64,000 nucleotides of DNA from Macrostomum lignano (lineage: Eukaryota), in the NCBI GenBank assembly GCA_002269645.1, contig NIVC01002009.1, positions 31,127-95,126 on the forward strand, read 5' to 3'. Shown here in pieces: positions 1 to 12,373 of the stretch. Position numbers and translations under genes: made by a program. The notes under the pieces were generated by a model that was not told the origin of the DNA, searched no databases, and worked only from the letters and a program-made list of their open reading frames with translations. The stretch's first letter is position 1, and every line of letters starts with the position of its first letter.

Positions 1-440
1 CTTATCTCCTCTTCCATTCTCTCGTCTCCTCTTCAATTCTCTAATCTCCTCTTCAATTCTCTCATCTCCTTTTCCATTCTCTTATCTCCTCTTCAATTCT
101 CTTATCTCCTCTTCCATTCTCTCGTCTCCTCTTCCATTCTCTCATCTCCTCTTCCATTCCCTTGTCTCCTCTTCAATTCTCGTATCTCCTCTTCCATTCT
201 CTCATCTCCTCTTCCATTCTCTCATCTCCTCTTCCATTCTCTCATCTCCTCTTCCATTCTCTATCTCCTCTCCATTCTCTTCTCTCCTCTCCATTCTCTT
301 CTCTCCTCTCCATTCTCTAATCTCCTCTTCAATTTTCTCATCTCATCTCCTCTACCTTCTCTACTCTCTCCATTCTCTCATCTCCTCTTCCATTCTCTTA
401 TCTCCTCTTGCATTCTCTTATTTCCTCTCTATGTTTTTCC
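1..440. repeat. CT-rich ~20-bp minisatellite (unit ~ctctcatctcctcttccatt)
   Basis: Tandem units are directly visible. The array lies downstream of the YLPM1-like exon donor, so it is probably intronic. Confidence 0.9.
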
Positions 441-800
441 TCTCTTCACTACTCTGGTCCGCAGTTATGCAATAGATTCTCAATCTGGCCCCGGTGAGTA
501 AAAAGTTTGCCGGCACCCGGCATACAGTTACACCTGTGGTGCACTTAGAAATCATAAGCCAAGCAACAAACCGGTGCTTAAAACTCGCTATGGATCACCG
601 CTTCTATCTGAGAACCTTGAGCCATATGGAGCTCCTATTTTTTCCGATGGAGGGAGTGTGGTCAATAAAGGCTTTTGTCATCATCCATAGGGTCGAAAAC
701 TCTCAGCTACGTCCTCTATTCACTTTGCTGAAATTTAGTTTTCCACCAAGTTGATTACTTAAAGTAGAAAGGCCTGAAATTATTTAAAAGAAAAACAAAC

Positions 801-2909
801 CTGTTGCATCTCTTTCTCTTTGATGAGGCGGGCCAATCTGCTTTTCCCTGCGCCAGGCAGTCCGCGCAGTAAAATGCACAGGTTGTGCGGCCGGCTCTGC
901 CTACCGGGCTGGCACAGCAAGCTTAACAGGTCCACCGGTGGCTCCAGAGCCGGCTGCGACGCTTCTTTCAACGAACGAGCCGCAGCTGAAGCGAATAGCG
1001 GCTTCGGTTTTGACTGTTGCTGCGACGGCGACTGCAACTGCTGGATCTGCATCAGAGGCTGCACAGCTGGCTGCTGATCAGGCTTTGAGATCTGGTGCTG
1101 CATCAAAGGCACTGGTTGCGACTGCCGGGAAGGGCCGGCAAAGCCTTGCGCCTGGTAAGGACGACCTTGGGATTGCCAATCCTGGCGCTGGGGAGGCTGC
1201 CTACTTTTATTTGGTTGGTGGTAAGACTGATGCCGCTCATCTTGCTGTGGAGGCTGGAAGTTTGAGAAACTGCGCTGCTGCTGAGTTACTTGAGCTTGTT
1301 GAAAATTCTGGTAACCTCTGTGCGGTTCTTCACGTTTTTCACGCTCAAGCTGAACAATCCCATATGGCAAGCCTTGCTGCTTCGGTACCGGCTGAATTCC
1401 ATATGGAATTTGCCTTTCTTCCTGTCTAGGATTCCATAATTCAGATTGTTGCTGGTTATGCTCCTGTGGCTGATCAAGATTTTGGTATTGATTATCGGAA
1501 AGCTCTACACTGCTTTTATTCTCCTCCTGATGGCGTTGGTACAGGTGTTCTTGCTGTTGCTGGCTTAGCTGGAATGACCTCTGTGGTGTTGGACGCTTCT
1601 GGTAATGCTGCTGATCTACATGATGCTGTTGTCCTAAACCATGCTGCTGGAACTGCTGCTCTGCATGCTGTTGTTGGAACCGCGGTTGTCCTGGATGCTG
1701 TTGTTGGAACTGATGTTGTCCTGCATGATGCTGTTGGAACTGCTGTTGTCCCGTTTGATGCTTCCGGTACTGATCATCATAATGCTCATATTGTTGATCG
1801 TATTGCTTTTGCAGCTCATGTTCCGAATTGCCTTGCGGGTAGCGATCATGGTGTTCATAGTGCTGCTGATATTGCTCATACTGTGCATGCTGCTGCGGAC
1901 GATGCTGTGCATAACGCTCTTGCTGTTCATAGTGCTGCTGGTAAGGCTTGTTCTGAATCTGGTGGTGTTGGTAATTCTGCGCTTGCTGTGCAATCTGCTG
2001 GTACTGATCTGACTGTACCTGGCGTTCATGGTATTGATCTTTTTGTGACTGGCGTTGCTGATACTTCTGTTCTGGAACACTACGCTGTTGATGTTCCTGA
2101 TCTCTATGAAACTGCTGCTGACGTTGCCCGATGCTTTCCTGATTCTGCTGGAAGCCTTGCTGCCTTTGCTGGAAGCCTTGATGCGTCTGCCGGAAACCTT
2201 GCTGATCTTGCTGGAAACCTAGCTGATCTTGCTGGAAACCTTGCTGATCTTGCTGGAAACCCGGATGCTTCTGCTGGAAACCTTGCTGCCTTTGCAGGAA
2301 ACCCTGATGCTTCTGCTGGAAACCTTGCTGATCTTGCTGGAAACCTTGCTGATCTTGCTGGAAACTCTGATTCTTCTGCTGAAAACCTTGCTGCCTTTGC
2401 AGGAAACCCTGTTGATTTTGCAGACTTTTTTGCTGAAACTGTTGATCTTGATGTGTATAGAAGTCTTGCTGTTGCGAATTTTGCTCTGCACTAAGAAACT
2501 CTTGTTCACTCTGCTTGCCCAATGGGTTTGACATAGATAGTTGCTGCTGTTGCGTGCCAAAAGCAGCTGCAGGGGCTGGAGGCCGAAGGTCCATCAGTGG
2601 AACAGGCTGCTGCCTCTGCTGCAATGATGCAGGTGATGGTCTAGCAGCAAACTGAGCACTACCTATAGGCCTTAACTGGGCTGCAGGATTCTGCTGCGTT
2701 TCAAATAAGCCTTTGCCAGATGCATTTCCGCTGGCGCCTCCAGCAATTCCCACAGGAGGATTTGGCTGCACTTGGGGGCCATCCCACTGCCGTTTCCGAT
2801 TGGGCATAAGAGGAACAACCTGTTGGCCTGAGTTGGCTGGCCTTGCAGCATTAGCAAAAGCGCCAATGCCAACTGCCTGCACAGAGCCAATGGCAGCAGG
2901 AAATCCCGG
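801..2909 (-). CDS. YLPM1: Large exon of YLP motif-containing protein 1-like gene (Q/P-rich region plus start of P-loop domain)
   Basis: The ORF end VDLLSLLCQPGRQSRPHNLCILLRGLPGAGKSRLARLIKEKEMQ matches the YLPM1/ZAP3 motif (DDILKPPGRESRPERIVVIMRGLPGSGKTHVAKLIRDKEVE, recalled). Donor cag|gtttg is at 801/800. The 5' boundary is uncertain: candidate acceptor cccttacag| at 2910, and the frame is open to 3020. The gene continues left of the window. Confidence 0.8.
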
Positions 2910-3639
2910 CTGTAAGGGAGGTCGCCAATCCAGCAATTGAAGGGTAGAAGCAAGAATAATAAGCATCAGCATTGCTACACAAAATGAAGAGACCATTGTG
3001 ATGAAAACATTGTCTACCAATATTTAAAGAACAAAGAAAAATAGATTATTAAGACCCAACTTTTTATATATTAGTGCTTAGCATATCAACTTTTTGGCCC
3101 TATTAAGTTAAATACAATAAGTTGATCTAAGTTGTTCCAATAAAAGTTGATATTTGTGAGACATTTTGCAAAGTCTCTCGGCCTTCCTATAGATCCTAAT
3201 GATAAATTATATCATAAGGCTAGTCAAGTAATCTAAAAATTAGAAGGTGCTTAATAGCCTTAGCTTTTTATATAAAACTGATTTTGAAAAGTTTTAAATA
3301 AAATTCAATAAAGTTTGATATTAAACAAATATATTTTTATATTTAGGCTATTTAAAATAGGCTTTTTTATACTTATAATATGCTTTTTTAATTGTCTATT
3401 AATCTTATTCTTATATTATTTGAAAAGCTAGTTTTTGTATTTAAATTAGGGTCTATTTTGGCCCATGTCACAGAATACATTCTATAAATCTATTTTTGTA
3501 GTATTATAAATATAATAGATAGTATCTTTACAATTACTAATAAACCAAAATCTCTACCTATAAAAATCAAAACTCTGTGTGTCTGTCTATGGACAATATT
3601 GTTCACTATGGACTCCCAAACTGCTCAACCAAAATAAGA

Positions 3640-4080
3640 GAGAGAGAGAGTAAAGAGTAGAGAGGAGAGATGAGAGAGTAAAGGAGAGAGTTGAGAGAAG
3701 GAAGTGTTAAGAGAGAGGAGAGTGAAAAATGAGAAGAGGGGAGAGAAAAGAGAGTAGAGAGAAGAGAGAAATAAAAAAAGATAAAAGAATAGAAAGGAGA
3801 CAAGAGAGCAAACGAGAAAGGAGGGAAAAAGAAAATAATAGAGGAGAAGAAAGATACGAGAGGAGAGAGGAAAGAGAAAAAAAGAAAAGAGATGAAAGAG
3901 AGAGAAGAGAAGAGAGACAAGGGATGAGAGAGGAGAGAGGAAACAGAAGAGAAGATAGAAGAAGAGAAGAGAGACAAGGGATGAGAGAGGAGAGAGAAAA
4001 CAGAAGAGAAGATAGAAGAAGAGAAGAGAGACAAGGGATGAGAGAGGAGAGAGGAAACAGAAGAGAAGATAGAAGTTTCA
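3640..4080. repeat. GA-rich low-complexity tract with ~60-bp tandem repeats
   Basis: Purine-only runs. The unit agaagagagacaagggatgagagaggagag... occurs about 3 times. Confidence 0.85.
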
Positions 4081-4829
4081 AAGGATCCAAGGGATGTAAG
4101 GAGAGTCAGAGACAGAAGCCAAAGTTTGCCAATATATGGTTTGAGTCAAACAAACATTGCCTGACATTTTGTGCAGTATCCCAGCCAACAATTTGCCTCA
4201 AATCTTAATTTTACACAATTGTACTCTATTTTATGTTTACCTTTATCCTATTAACTATTAACAAGTCTTTGTTTGAGTATGGCCTCAGATTTCAGAATAC
4301 ATTAAAATTAGTTACAGGTAGGCCTATTAGAATTCCCTGGGTTCAAATAGCTTGTTCTCTAATAAAATGATAATGTATACTTTAATATTATTTTATCTCT
4401 TATATATTGCCTAGTCATATGTAGACATTTTAATAAAAATCCAAATGTTTATATAATTAAAAAACCTCAACTAGGCCTAGGCCTAAATTTTTCAATTAGC
4501 ATTTATATTAATTATAAAGACATTGTGATTAGCAAAGGGATTTGGTATTTGTTGTCTCTTTTTTGCTAAGGGCATAAACTAGGGCATAAACAAGGGGTTT
4601 AAACTGTTAAAATTAGGCCCTAGTGTTGTGGCACTGGCCAAATGAATGAAATCAATTCACTTAAGGCGAAGGAGAGGAGAGGAGAGGTGGCTCTCAGCTA
4701 CAGTGAGCTAGCCAATATATATTATCTGACTGGTATAAGCTAGATGTACATCGATGCGCGTATGTTACATAATAGCATTGAGCATGCACATTCACAACAC
4801 CTAGGGCACCTAATAAGCCTTTACAAATA

Positions 4830-5566
4830 CAGGGTAGTCCAGAAAGGTCTCCCAGATTACAAATAGAGTTTTCTCAAGTCTACACTGGATTGATGGTTTG
4901 GGCTTGAAACTTGACCTGCTTAAACTTTATTCTGAATATATTTTTTTGTCTAAAAATCTTAGCAATTGCTAAAAAATCATGAAGTTACAGCAGTTTTTCT
5001 AAAAAACACTGTTTTTTGTTAAATCAGTTGGGTTTTAGCACAATCTGATATGCAGCTGTTAGTCAGTGCTCCACATGATGACCTTTGTTATTATCAATAC
5101 AAGTCTGCAGGCACTTCTTAAAGCTATTATAAGGCTGTTGACAGCAAAGTTGACTGGTATATCCTGCATTTCCTGCATTATCCATGCCTTAAGCTCATCC
5201 AGGCTGTCCACTGGCTGTTAGTAGACATTGTCTTTCACCCATCCCCAGACACTTACAACGCCATCGCTGCTAGACCAAAAACGGACTCTTCAATTCATCC
5301 AGCCAGGATGCCATTTTAAATCTTTCAACTGGCATGTAAGTCATAAAGCTAGAATGAAATATGCATATCAATAAGTGAAAACGGTGTTTTTTAGAAAAAC
5401 TGCTGTGACTTCATGATTTTTTTAGCAATTTCTAAGATTATTAGACAAAAAAATATATTCAGAATAAAGTTTAAGCAGGTCAAGTTTCAGCACAACCTAT
5501 CATTATCAATCCAGTGCAGAGAAAACTTTGTAATCCGGGTCCGGGAAACCTTTCTGGACCACACTA
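4830..5566 (-). mobile_element. Internally deleted Tc1/mariner element
   Basis: Imperfect TIRs of ~190 bp (cagggtagtccagaaagg / cctttctggaccacacta), with TA on both flanks. The minus strand carries a remnant reading WGWVKDNVY*QPVDSLDELKAWIMQEMQDIP, typical of a Tc1/mariner transposase C-terminus. Confidence 0.85.
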
Positions 5567-6869
5567 TATATAAAGATAAAATGAACTTGAAAGATAGGCC
5601 TAACTAAATAATATGTTATAATTATATAATTATTATTAGTATAAAAAATAGATAATTGTTTAAGCTAAAATTACAACTATAACTAAGATGACCTCTTTGG
5701 CCATGCTTATGCTATGGTTAGGTCCTATGGACTATATTGATGAGTTTGTTTGTTTGCTATTTGGATGGGCTTAGGTTTATTAATTTTTATATTTTTTAGG
5801 CCTACTGTACTGGACTTAGTGTCATGGTGTCAGAGGTGTATAGGTGTAGCCTTAATTATGTAAGCCATGACATTATGTACAAGGTGGCAAGGCCTATTTA
5901 ATTTTTAAAGATTATGTTATAAGTGTTGATAACTTTAGATGGATGGACCCATAGATGTATCATAGATCTTATATCCTTAGATAGGGGCCTAGGCCACTTT
6001 GTAGGGCCTATGGCGTTAATAGGAAAAGTAAGACTAGGCCCACTATTTTTCGTCACTTGTGCAAAAAAAGCCGACATGGATTGCTTATAGATTTGAGTTC
6101 AGTAGCTTAGGGACATAGACGCTAGTTTTTGAGAAGTTGATAGAACTTCTCATGAATTAAATAAAAAGCTACTCAATCAAACTAAGAATGATGCTTAATA
6201 TATTAATTATTATAAATAACAATCAGAATAAGAATAAGATGAGTTCAGTAGTTGATTTTCGCACTGACGCGAGTTCCGAATTTTTTAAATTAGCTTCTAT
6301 GGCCACATAAGTGGTTAATGAGTGGCCCATCTTGTGTATATATATATATGATGTTTGATGTACATACGGACTACGGTATTTAAATGTAACAAGAACAAGA
6401 GTTGGGACATAAGGCCGTATCGGATTTTCAGATTATTTAAATATGTCACAAAAACAAAAGCTTCTTTTTTTACCTAAGAAGCTGAGAATTTTAAATTATT
6501 ATACCTTAATATAAAATTCCTTTACCAAAATTTCTGTCTTTAGATTTCGAAAATATCGCATGATTGTTTCTGCTAAAAACATGGCTAGCTAAATTTAAAT
6601 TTTAAACAAGAAAAATGCAAAGTCTTAATCTGCTCTGCTATTAGCGAAAAGAGATTCGTAACCAGTAAATTAGTGTAGTCTACCTGTCCATCTCTCTTAA
6701 ATCACTAAAAGTATTGTATAATTAATTGCATTTAATGTCTTGTATTTCCCACATCTCTTTTTGCGTTCAAAAATTATTTTGCTATTTTACTTTTTTGACC
6801 AGGGCCTTGGCCCTAGCTAGGCTAGGCTAAGGCCTGCCGCCTATTCAGAATTTCAGATCAGACTAGCAA

Positions 6870-7950
6870 TCAGCGCCCCCCGTTGGGGAGCCAAAAAAAT
6901 GCAGCAGAATTTTTTTTAATAAACTACATGTCAGCGTCTCTTTGCATTATAGCTCAGCAACGCCTTGTAAGCCTTGACATGTCAGCAATTCCCCCCCCCC
7001 CACAAGCCTTAGCATATCAACTCCCCCTTGACATCTCAGCAATGCCCCCATAAGCCTTGAAATCTTAAAAAATCTTTCAACCTTCTAACCCTAACCCTAG
7101 TCTAACCCTAGCCCTAACCCTAACCCTAACCTTAAAGCATTGACATTTCAGTAATTCTCTGTGAGAGTCATTATAGCACTACAGCATTCTAGCAATTCCC
7201 TGCAAGCCTTGACATCATAGGGATTCCAAAATGAATCTCTTAACTTCGACATGAAGCTTCTTTTATTTTTTACATTACACTTTATCTATCAGCGATCCCT
7301 CCCATGAAGAGCCAATAAATAATGAAAACATTTTTCAATAAACTACATGTAGCTTGTGAATTTAGCCTTGACATCTCAGTTATTCCCCCATGAGCCTTGA
7401 CATCTCAGCTATTCCCCCTGTAAGCCTTGATATATTATTATTAATGATGCCCCCCATAAACCTTGATATCTGAAAAATCCCCTGTTAATCTTGAAACCCA
7501 CTAAAATCTAACCCTCAACCCTGCAACCCAAACCTGACCTAAACCTAACTTTAACCCAACCTAAAGCCTTGAATCTCAGCAATTCTTCTCCCCTAAGCCT
7601 TGACATTTTAGTGATTCCTTAGTTAAGAATCACAGCACTATAGCGATTCCCTCCAAGCCTTGGCATCGTAGCAATTCCCAAATGAATCTTTTAACTTTGA
7701 CATCATGACTTTTCTTTTATGTATACATGGTGCTTCTTTTCTTTTTTATATGACTCTTCTTCTATCAGCGCCCCCCATAGCAAGCCAACAAAGAATGTAA
7801 TAAAAAATTGAGTAAAGTACATGAACTTTGAAGTAGCTTCTGACATTTGCTTCTTTGCTTCTCTGACATCTCAGAACCCCCCCCCCCCATAATCTCAGTT
7901 ATTCTCCGTGAGCCTTGACATCTTAGTAATTCTCCCCAGCACAGCACAAT
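6870..7950. repeat. Degenerate ~420-480-bp tandem unit containing telomere-like (CCCTAA)n
   Basis: The unit start tcagcgcccccc...agcca recurs at ~6870, ~7287 and ~7763. The subrepeat agccttgacatctcagcaattcccc recurs throughout. ctaaccctaaccct runs lie at ~7086-7131 and, degenerate, at ~7508-7565. Confidence 0.65.
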
Positions 7951-7999
7951 AGCTTCATTTAATTTTTACATGACACTTCTTTCATGTCTGACATTACGC

Positions 8000-8600
8000 T
8001 TATTTTAATTTTTTACATGACGTTTCTTTTATTCTTCTATGACGCTTCTATAATTTCTCAAATGACACTTGTATTAGTTTTTATATGAGGCTTCTATGAT
8101 CTTTTGATGACCCTTCTATGATTTTTTACATGACACTTCTATGATGTTTTGATGACACTTCCAGGATTGTTTACATAACGCTTCTATGATTGTTTACATG
8201 ACGCTTCTATGATTGTTTACATGACACTTCTATGATTTTTTACATGATGCTTCTATGATTTTTTACATGACATTTCTATGATCTTTTGATGACGCTTCTA
8301 TGATTTTTTACATGACACTTCTATGATTTTATTACATGACACTTCTATGGATTTTTACATGACTCTTCTATGATTTTTTACATGACACTTCTATGATTTT
8401 TTACATGACACTTCTATGATCTTTTGATGACCCTTCTATGATTTTTACATGACACTTCTATGATCTTTTGATGACACTTCTAGGATTGTTTACATGACGC
8501 TTCTATGATTGTTTACATGATGCTTCTATGATTGTTTACATGACACTTCTATGATTTTTTACACAACACTTCTATGATTTTTTACATGACGCTTCTATGA
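8000..8600. repeat. ~21-23-bp minisatellite (atgacacttctatgattttttac)
   Basis: More than 20 tandem copies are visible. Confidence 0.9.
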
Positions 8601-9006
8601 TTTTTCTATGGTTACGCAATCTAAATCAAGTCTAGTGCTATATGCTTCCACACTACGATTCTTTTATTTTTTATTTTTTAATTGGGCCAATTTTTGGCAG
8701 TTGTAAAGAAGGGCATGTTTAATTATTTTTTAACTTAAATGACTCAATGAGTACCAAAGTGCATTTATTGTGATGGGAGACACATTTAACTGCATGAAAC
8801 TATTCAGTTTAGGTAAATTTATTAGTTTTAGATTGACTTTTTAATTATAACTGTGTAGTTATTAAACAAGTACTAAATATAAGATTAATGCCATTTAATC
8901 TTAAATGGCATTGTTTCACCTTTATCTTAGAAGTTTCAACTGATTGTCCTTGATCATTGCTTGCAGTGACTAGATGGCTGGACATCCACCTATGCCAACC
9001 TTCATT

Positions 9007-9187
9007 CAGGGGTGGACCTAGGATTTTATCCAGGGGGGCAAGCCTCATGTCTGGTTAGGCCAGAGCTGCAATTAGGGTACCATAATACCAATACAGCATG
9101 ATACCAATACATCTGAGGATTTTTTGGCGGAGTTGAGGGGAGGGGGGGGGGCCATGGCCCCCTTGGCCCCCCCTCAGTCTGCCCCTG
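9007..9187. mobile_element. 181-bp hAT-type MITE
   Basis: Termini caggggtggac / gtctgcccctg. Perfect 8-bp TSD ccttcatt at 8999-9006 and 9188-9195. Confidence 0.85.
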
Positions 9188-9419
9188 CCTTCATTGTGTG
9201 CCCTGCAACCTAAACTTGCATTGTATATAGCAAGCCAGTTAGACAAGTTATACTATATTTTATTACATTATTACATTTTATTATTGTTTTCTATTATAAT
9301 AAATATATCTTGGTGTTCATTTTTAAAAGTTGAAAAATAATTAAATATGTGCTTCTTTACAATTGCCCAATTTTCCTTCGAAATCAGTTTGTCATTTTGA
9401 TGATATAAAATTGTATATT

Positions 9420-9700
9420 GCAAATTGCATGAGTGGCAATCCTATACTTTTGCTCAATAATTGCTTGTCTCCAAACTTGTGGTTGTTCTTAGCAAACAAT
9501 TCTAAGAATTCCCTAAATCTATTTACACATGGTAAGTCAATTATTATGGAATTGCATATTGCAAAATTGCATATTGCATGAGTGGCAATCCTATACTTTT
9601 GCTCAATAATTGCTTGTCTCCAAACTTGTGGTTGTTCTTAGCAAACAATTCTAAGAATTCCCTAAATCTATTTACACATGGTAAGTCAATTATTATGGAA
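9420..9700. repeat. ~150-bp direct tandem duplication (2 copies)
   Basis: The block ttgcatgagtggcaatcc...tattatggaa appears twice. Confidence 0.9.
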
Positions 9701-10831
9701 ATATAATCTATAAACTATAAACTAGATAAAGTTAAATATTATTTGTTAGTCAAAGTAAAAAAAGCAATTGTCAAAGTAAATAGGCCTAGTAGTGCACTAG
9801 GTGTGCCATCATTTCATCTGCTGGTAGATGAAACAAATTTTTGAAAAAAAATTAGCTACATAGTTAGTAGAACTAATTTTTCATAATTAAATATTGCAAA
9901 TCATGCAGAAATAGTTAAAATAGGATGTTAGTTTTCTAGGCATAATTTTGTTCATAACAAAATGTATATGAATTTTAAATATCCATTGAAAAAGAAGTTA
10001 TGGATGGAAGTAGCAGTTACAAATATTGAAGGCAAAGACAGAGTTTGCTATTGAATACGATTGGCCAGCTGTTATAAGCATTGTTATGACCCATCCAATG
10101 ATGATAACACATTTTCATTATGAACAATTATTCAGCTTACAAAAAGTTAGTATATATGTATACTATGGGTCCCTTGGGGAAAATATTTTTTAGATTGTAC
10201 ATTTGTGCTTCTAATGTAATGAGTTCATTATCTTCATTATAAGTTCTTTTTAAGATATACAGATCTTAAATATACAGATATTTATTTTCAATATTATATG
10301 TACTGGCATCATACTTAGTCTTAATATTTTGTGGTAGACAAAATGTCTGCATCATATTTTTGTAGACAAAAGAATGGCAGACAAATTGGCAGCAGACAAA
10401 ATGGCCATCAACTGTGCACTATTGCCATTACCTAGTAGAAAAAGAGTGCCAAAGTTAGGCCTTGCCCCTATTGTATAGATAGAAATAATGCTATAATAAG
10501 AACTCCTCAGTAGGCTTATAAGCATCAAATAGAATATCACTTATGCCATACATATTATAAAACTTTTATTTAACATGGGCCTTGGTACTTAGGCCTAATT
10601 CCATTGTATTTAGTATACATAGTGGCATCCAATAACTATAAATCTACAAAGTTAGTCTTTTTTTATAATTTGACTCAAATATTCTTTAACTATTTTTATA
10701 TAATCACACAAAATTTGAAGTCTCAAAATTAATTTTAAATGGTATATGTACTTTTAAAGTTTTATCTGTTTTCTATTATCAAGATAAATAGCTATTTCAA
10801 CCTCCAACTCTCTTTCCTTCCCTTATCTGGC

Positions 10832-11222
10832 AAGGAATTTTGGTTGTTTTGCCCCTAAACCATTCTGGCCATGGACATTTTGCATTCCAGACCATTTTGC
10901 CCATAGTTTATTTTGCCTATATAAACCAGTTTGGCTATATGCATTTTGGCAAAAGTGGTCATTATGTAGTTTAAAGATATAGCTATGAATATATCCTTAA
11001 TTTTGTCTTTTTAATGCTTATTTTTTAATATATAATAAAAAATGAATTGTTAGTATATAAGTTATTATAATTGTGAATTATTACAAGTCTTTTCTAAGAA
11101 ATTCTATGAAATAAATTAAACTACACTGTACATTTTGGCCTATCTGAATGAACTGAATTGAGTTGAATTGACAAAGTGTCCATGGCCAAAATGGTTTTTT
11201 GGGTAAAGCAACCAGTTACCTT
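10832..11222. mobile_element. MITE-like element with ~50-bp TIRs
   Basis: ggttgttttgcccctaaaccattctggccatggacattt is inverted-repeated as aagtgtccatggccaaaatggtttttt...gcaacc. No clear TSD. Confidence 0.6.
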
Positions 11223-12373
11223 AGCAAGATATACACTTAATAATAATCAAAATTTGGTGCCTTTGAGAGTGCACAATAAATTCTAGCTCAGTATTGACTT
11301 TTGAATGACACAAATTGCAACACACAATGCAGAGTTGCACATGCACACAATGCTAGGCAAGAAGGGTTTAGGAAGGGTGGAGGCAAATATTAGATGGATT
11401 GAAGCTTCCAATTGGTTTTCTGTGTTTTTTTCAAGCATTTTATAAAATCAAAATGGTTGACAAGGTGATAGATGCTAGTCAAGACACTGCTTACTGGGAC
11501 AAAGGGTGGCAACTTTTTAATTTTTCTAAGTATATATAAGGGATTTAAATAAAATTAACTAATTTTTGGCTATTATACAACATAAGTTGCTCCATATAAA
11601 GCAATAAATAGCCTTCAAACTTGACAATTCTTTATTGACTCATTCTCTGTCTAAATATAAAGTTGCAATTCTACAATTTAATCAGAACAGAAACTATAAA
11701 CAAAGTTTGTCTACTTTTTCTGCTATGGGTGGCTTTGGACCATTTTCATTCATTCAATACCCTAGTATCAGTGTTCAGATTTTGATATGTCCCCTGCACT
11801 AATGACTGTAGGTTGCGCAGTAAAAGGGCGGCATAGATCCACTGTGTGGGAATGTGGCTGCATAGGAACTTGGCTGTGTGTCAGCGTGGCAACTGCTATC
11901 CCCAACAGCCTGTGACAAAGTATACAGTAAGATAGAGGGAAGAGCTGAGACCTTTTAGTCTCTCTTGCAAGTTAAATACAGTTGCACATTGGTCTGAGAG
12001 AGACCACAATCTTTTCCATTAGTGGCCTGAGCTTGGCAGTAGGCTTGGGACTACGGAAAAATGTAGCCTAGACATTAAATTGGGTCTTCATGTTCAATTC
12101 TTTGCTTTTTGGAGAGACAAAAGGTGATGGATAAAACGACAAAAATCTACTCTCTATCTCTATCTACTATACTCAGAACAGAGGTGGTAGGCCAGTGTAC
12201 ATAGTAGCAATATAGTGTTTTGGAATTTAACTTATGACTTTATTTGTAACCCAATAAATCAAGTTTAAATTGGAATTGTTTGAATGTTTACAACTATTAT
12301 CTGTCATATTTCATGCCGACCGCCGCGGCAGCAACAGCAGAAGCAGAAGACAAGAGTGCAGCAGCGCAGTAGC

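Noticed and set aside
1466-2494. 342-aa plus-strand ORF and other overlapping ORFs
   Set aside because: They are antisense shadows of the CAG/CAA-rich YLPM1 exon and its 21-bp repeat.
3606-4208. R/E-rich and S/L-rich ORFs
   Set aside because: They arise from the GA microsatellite-like tract and show no domain signal.
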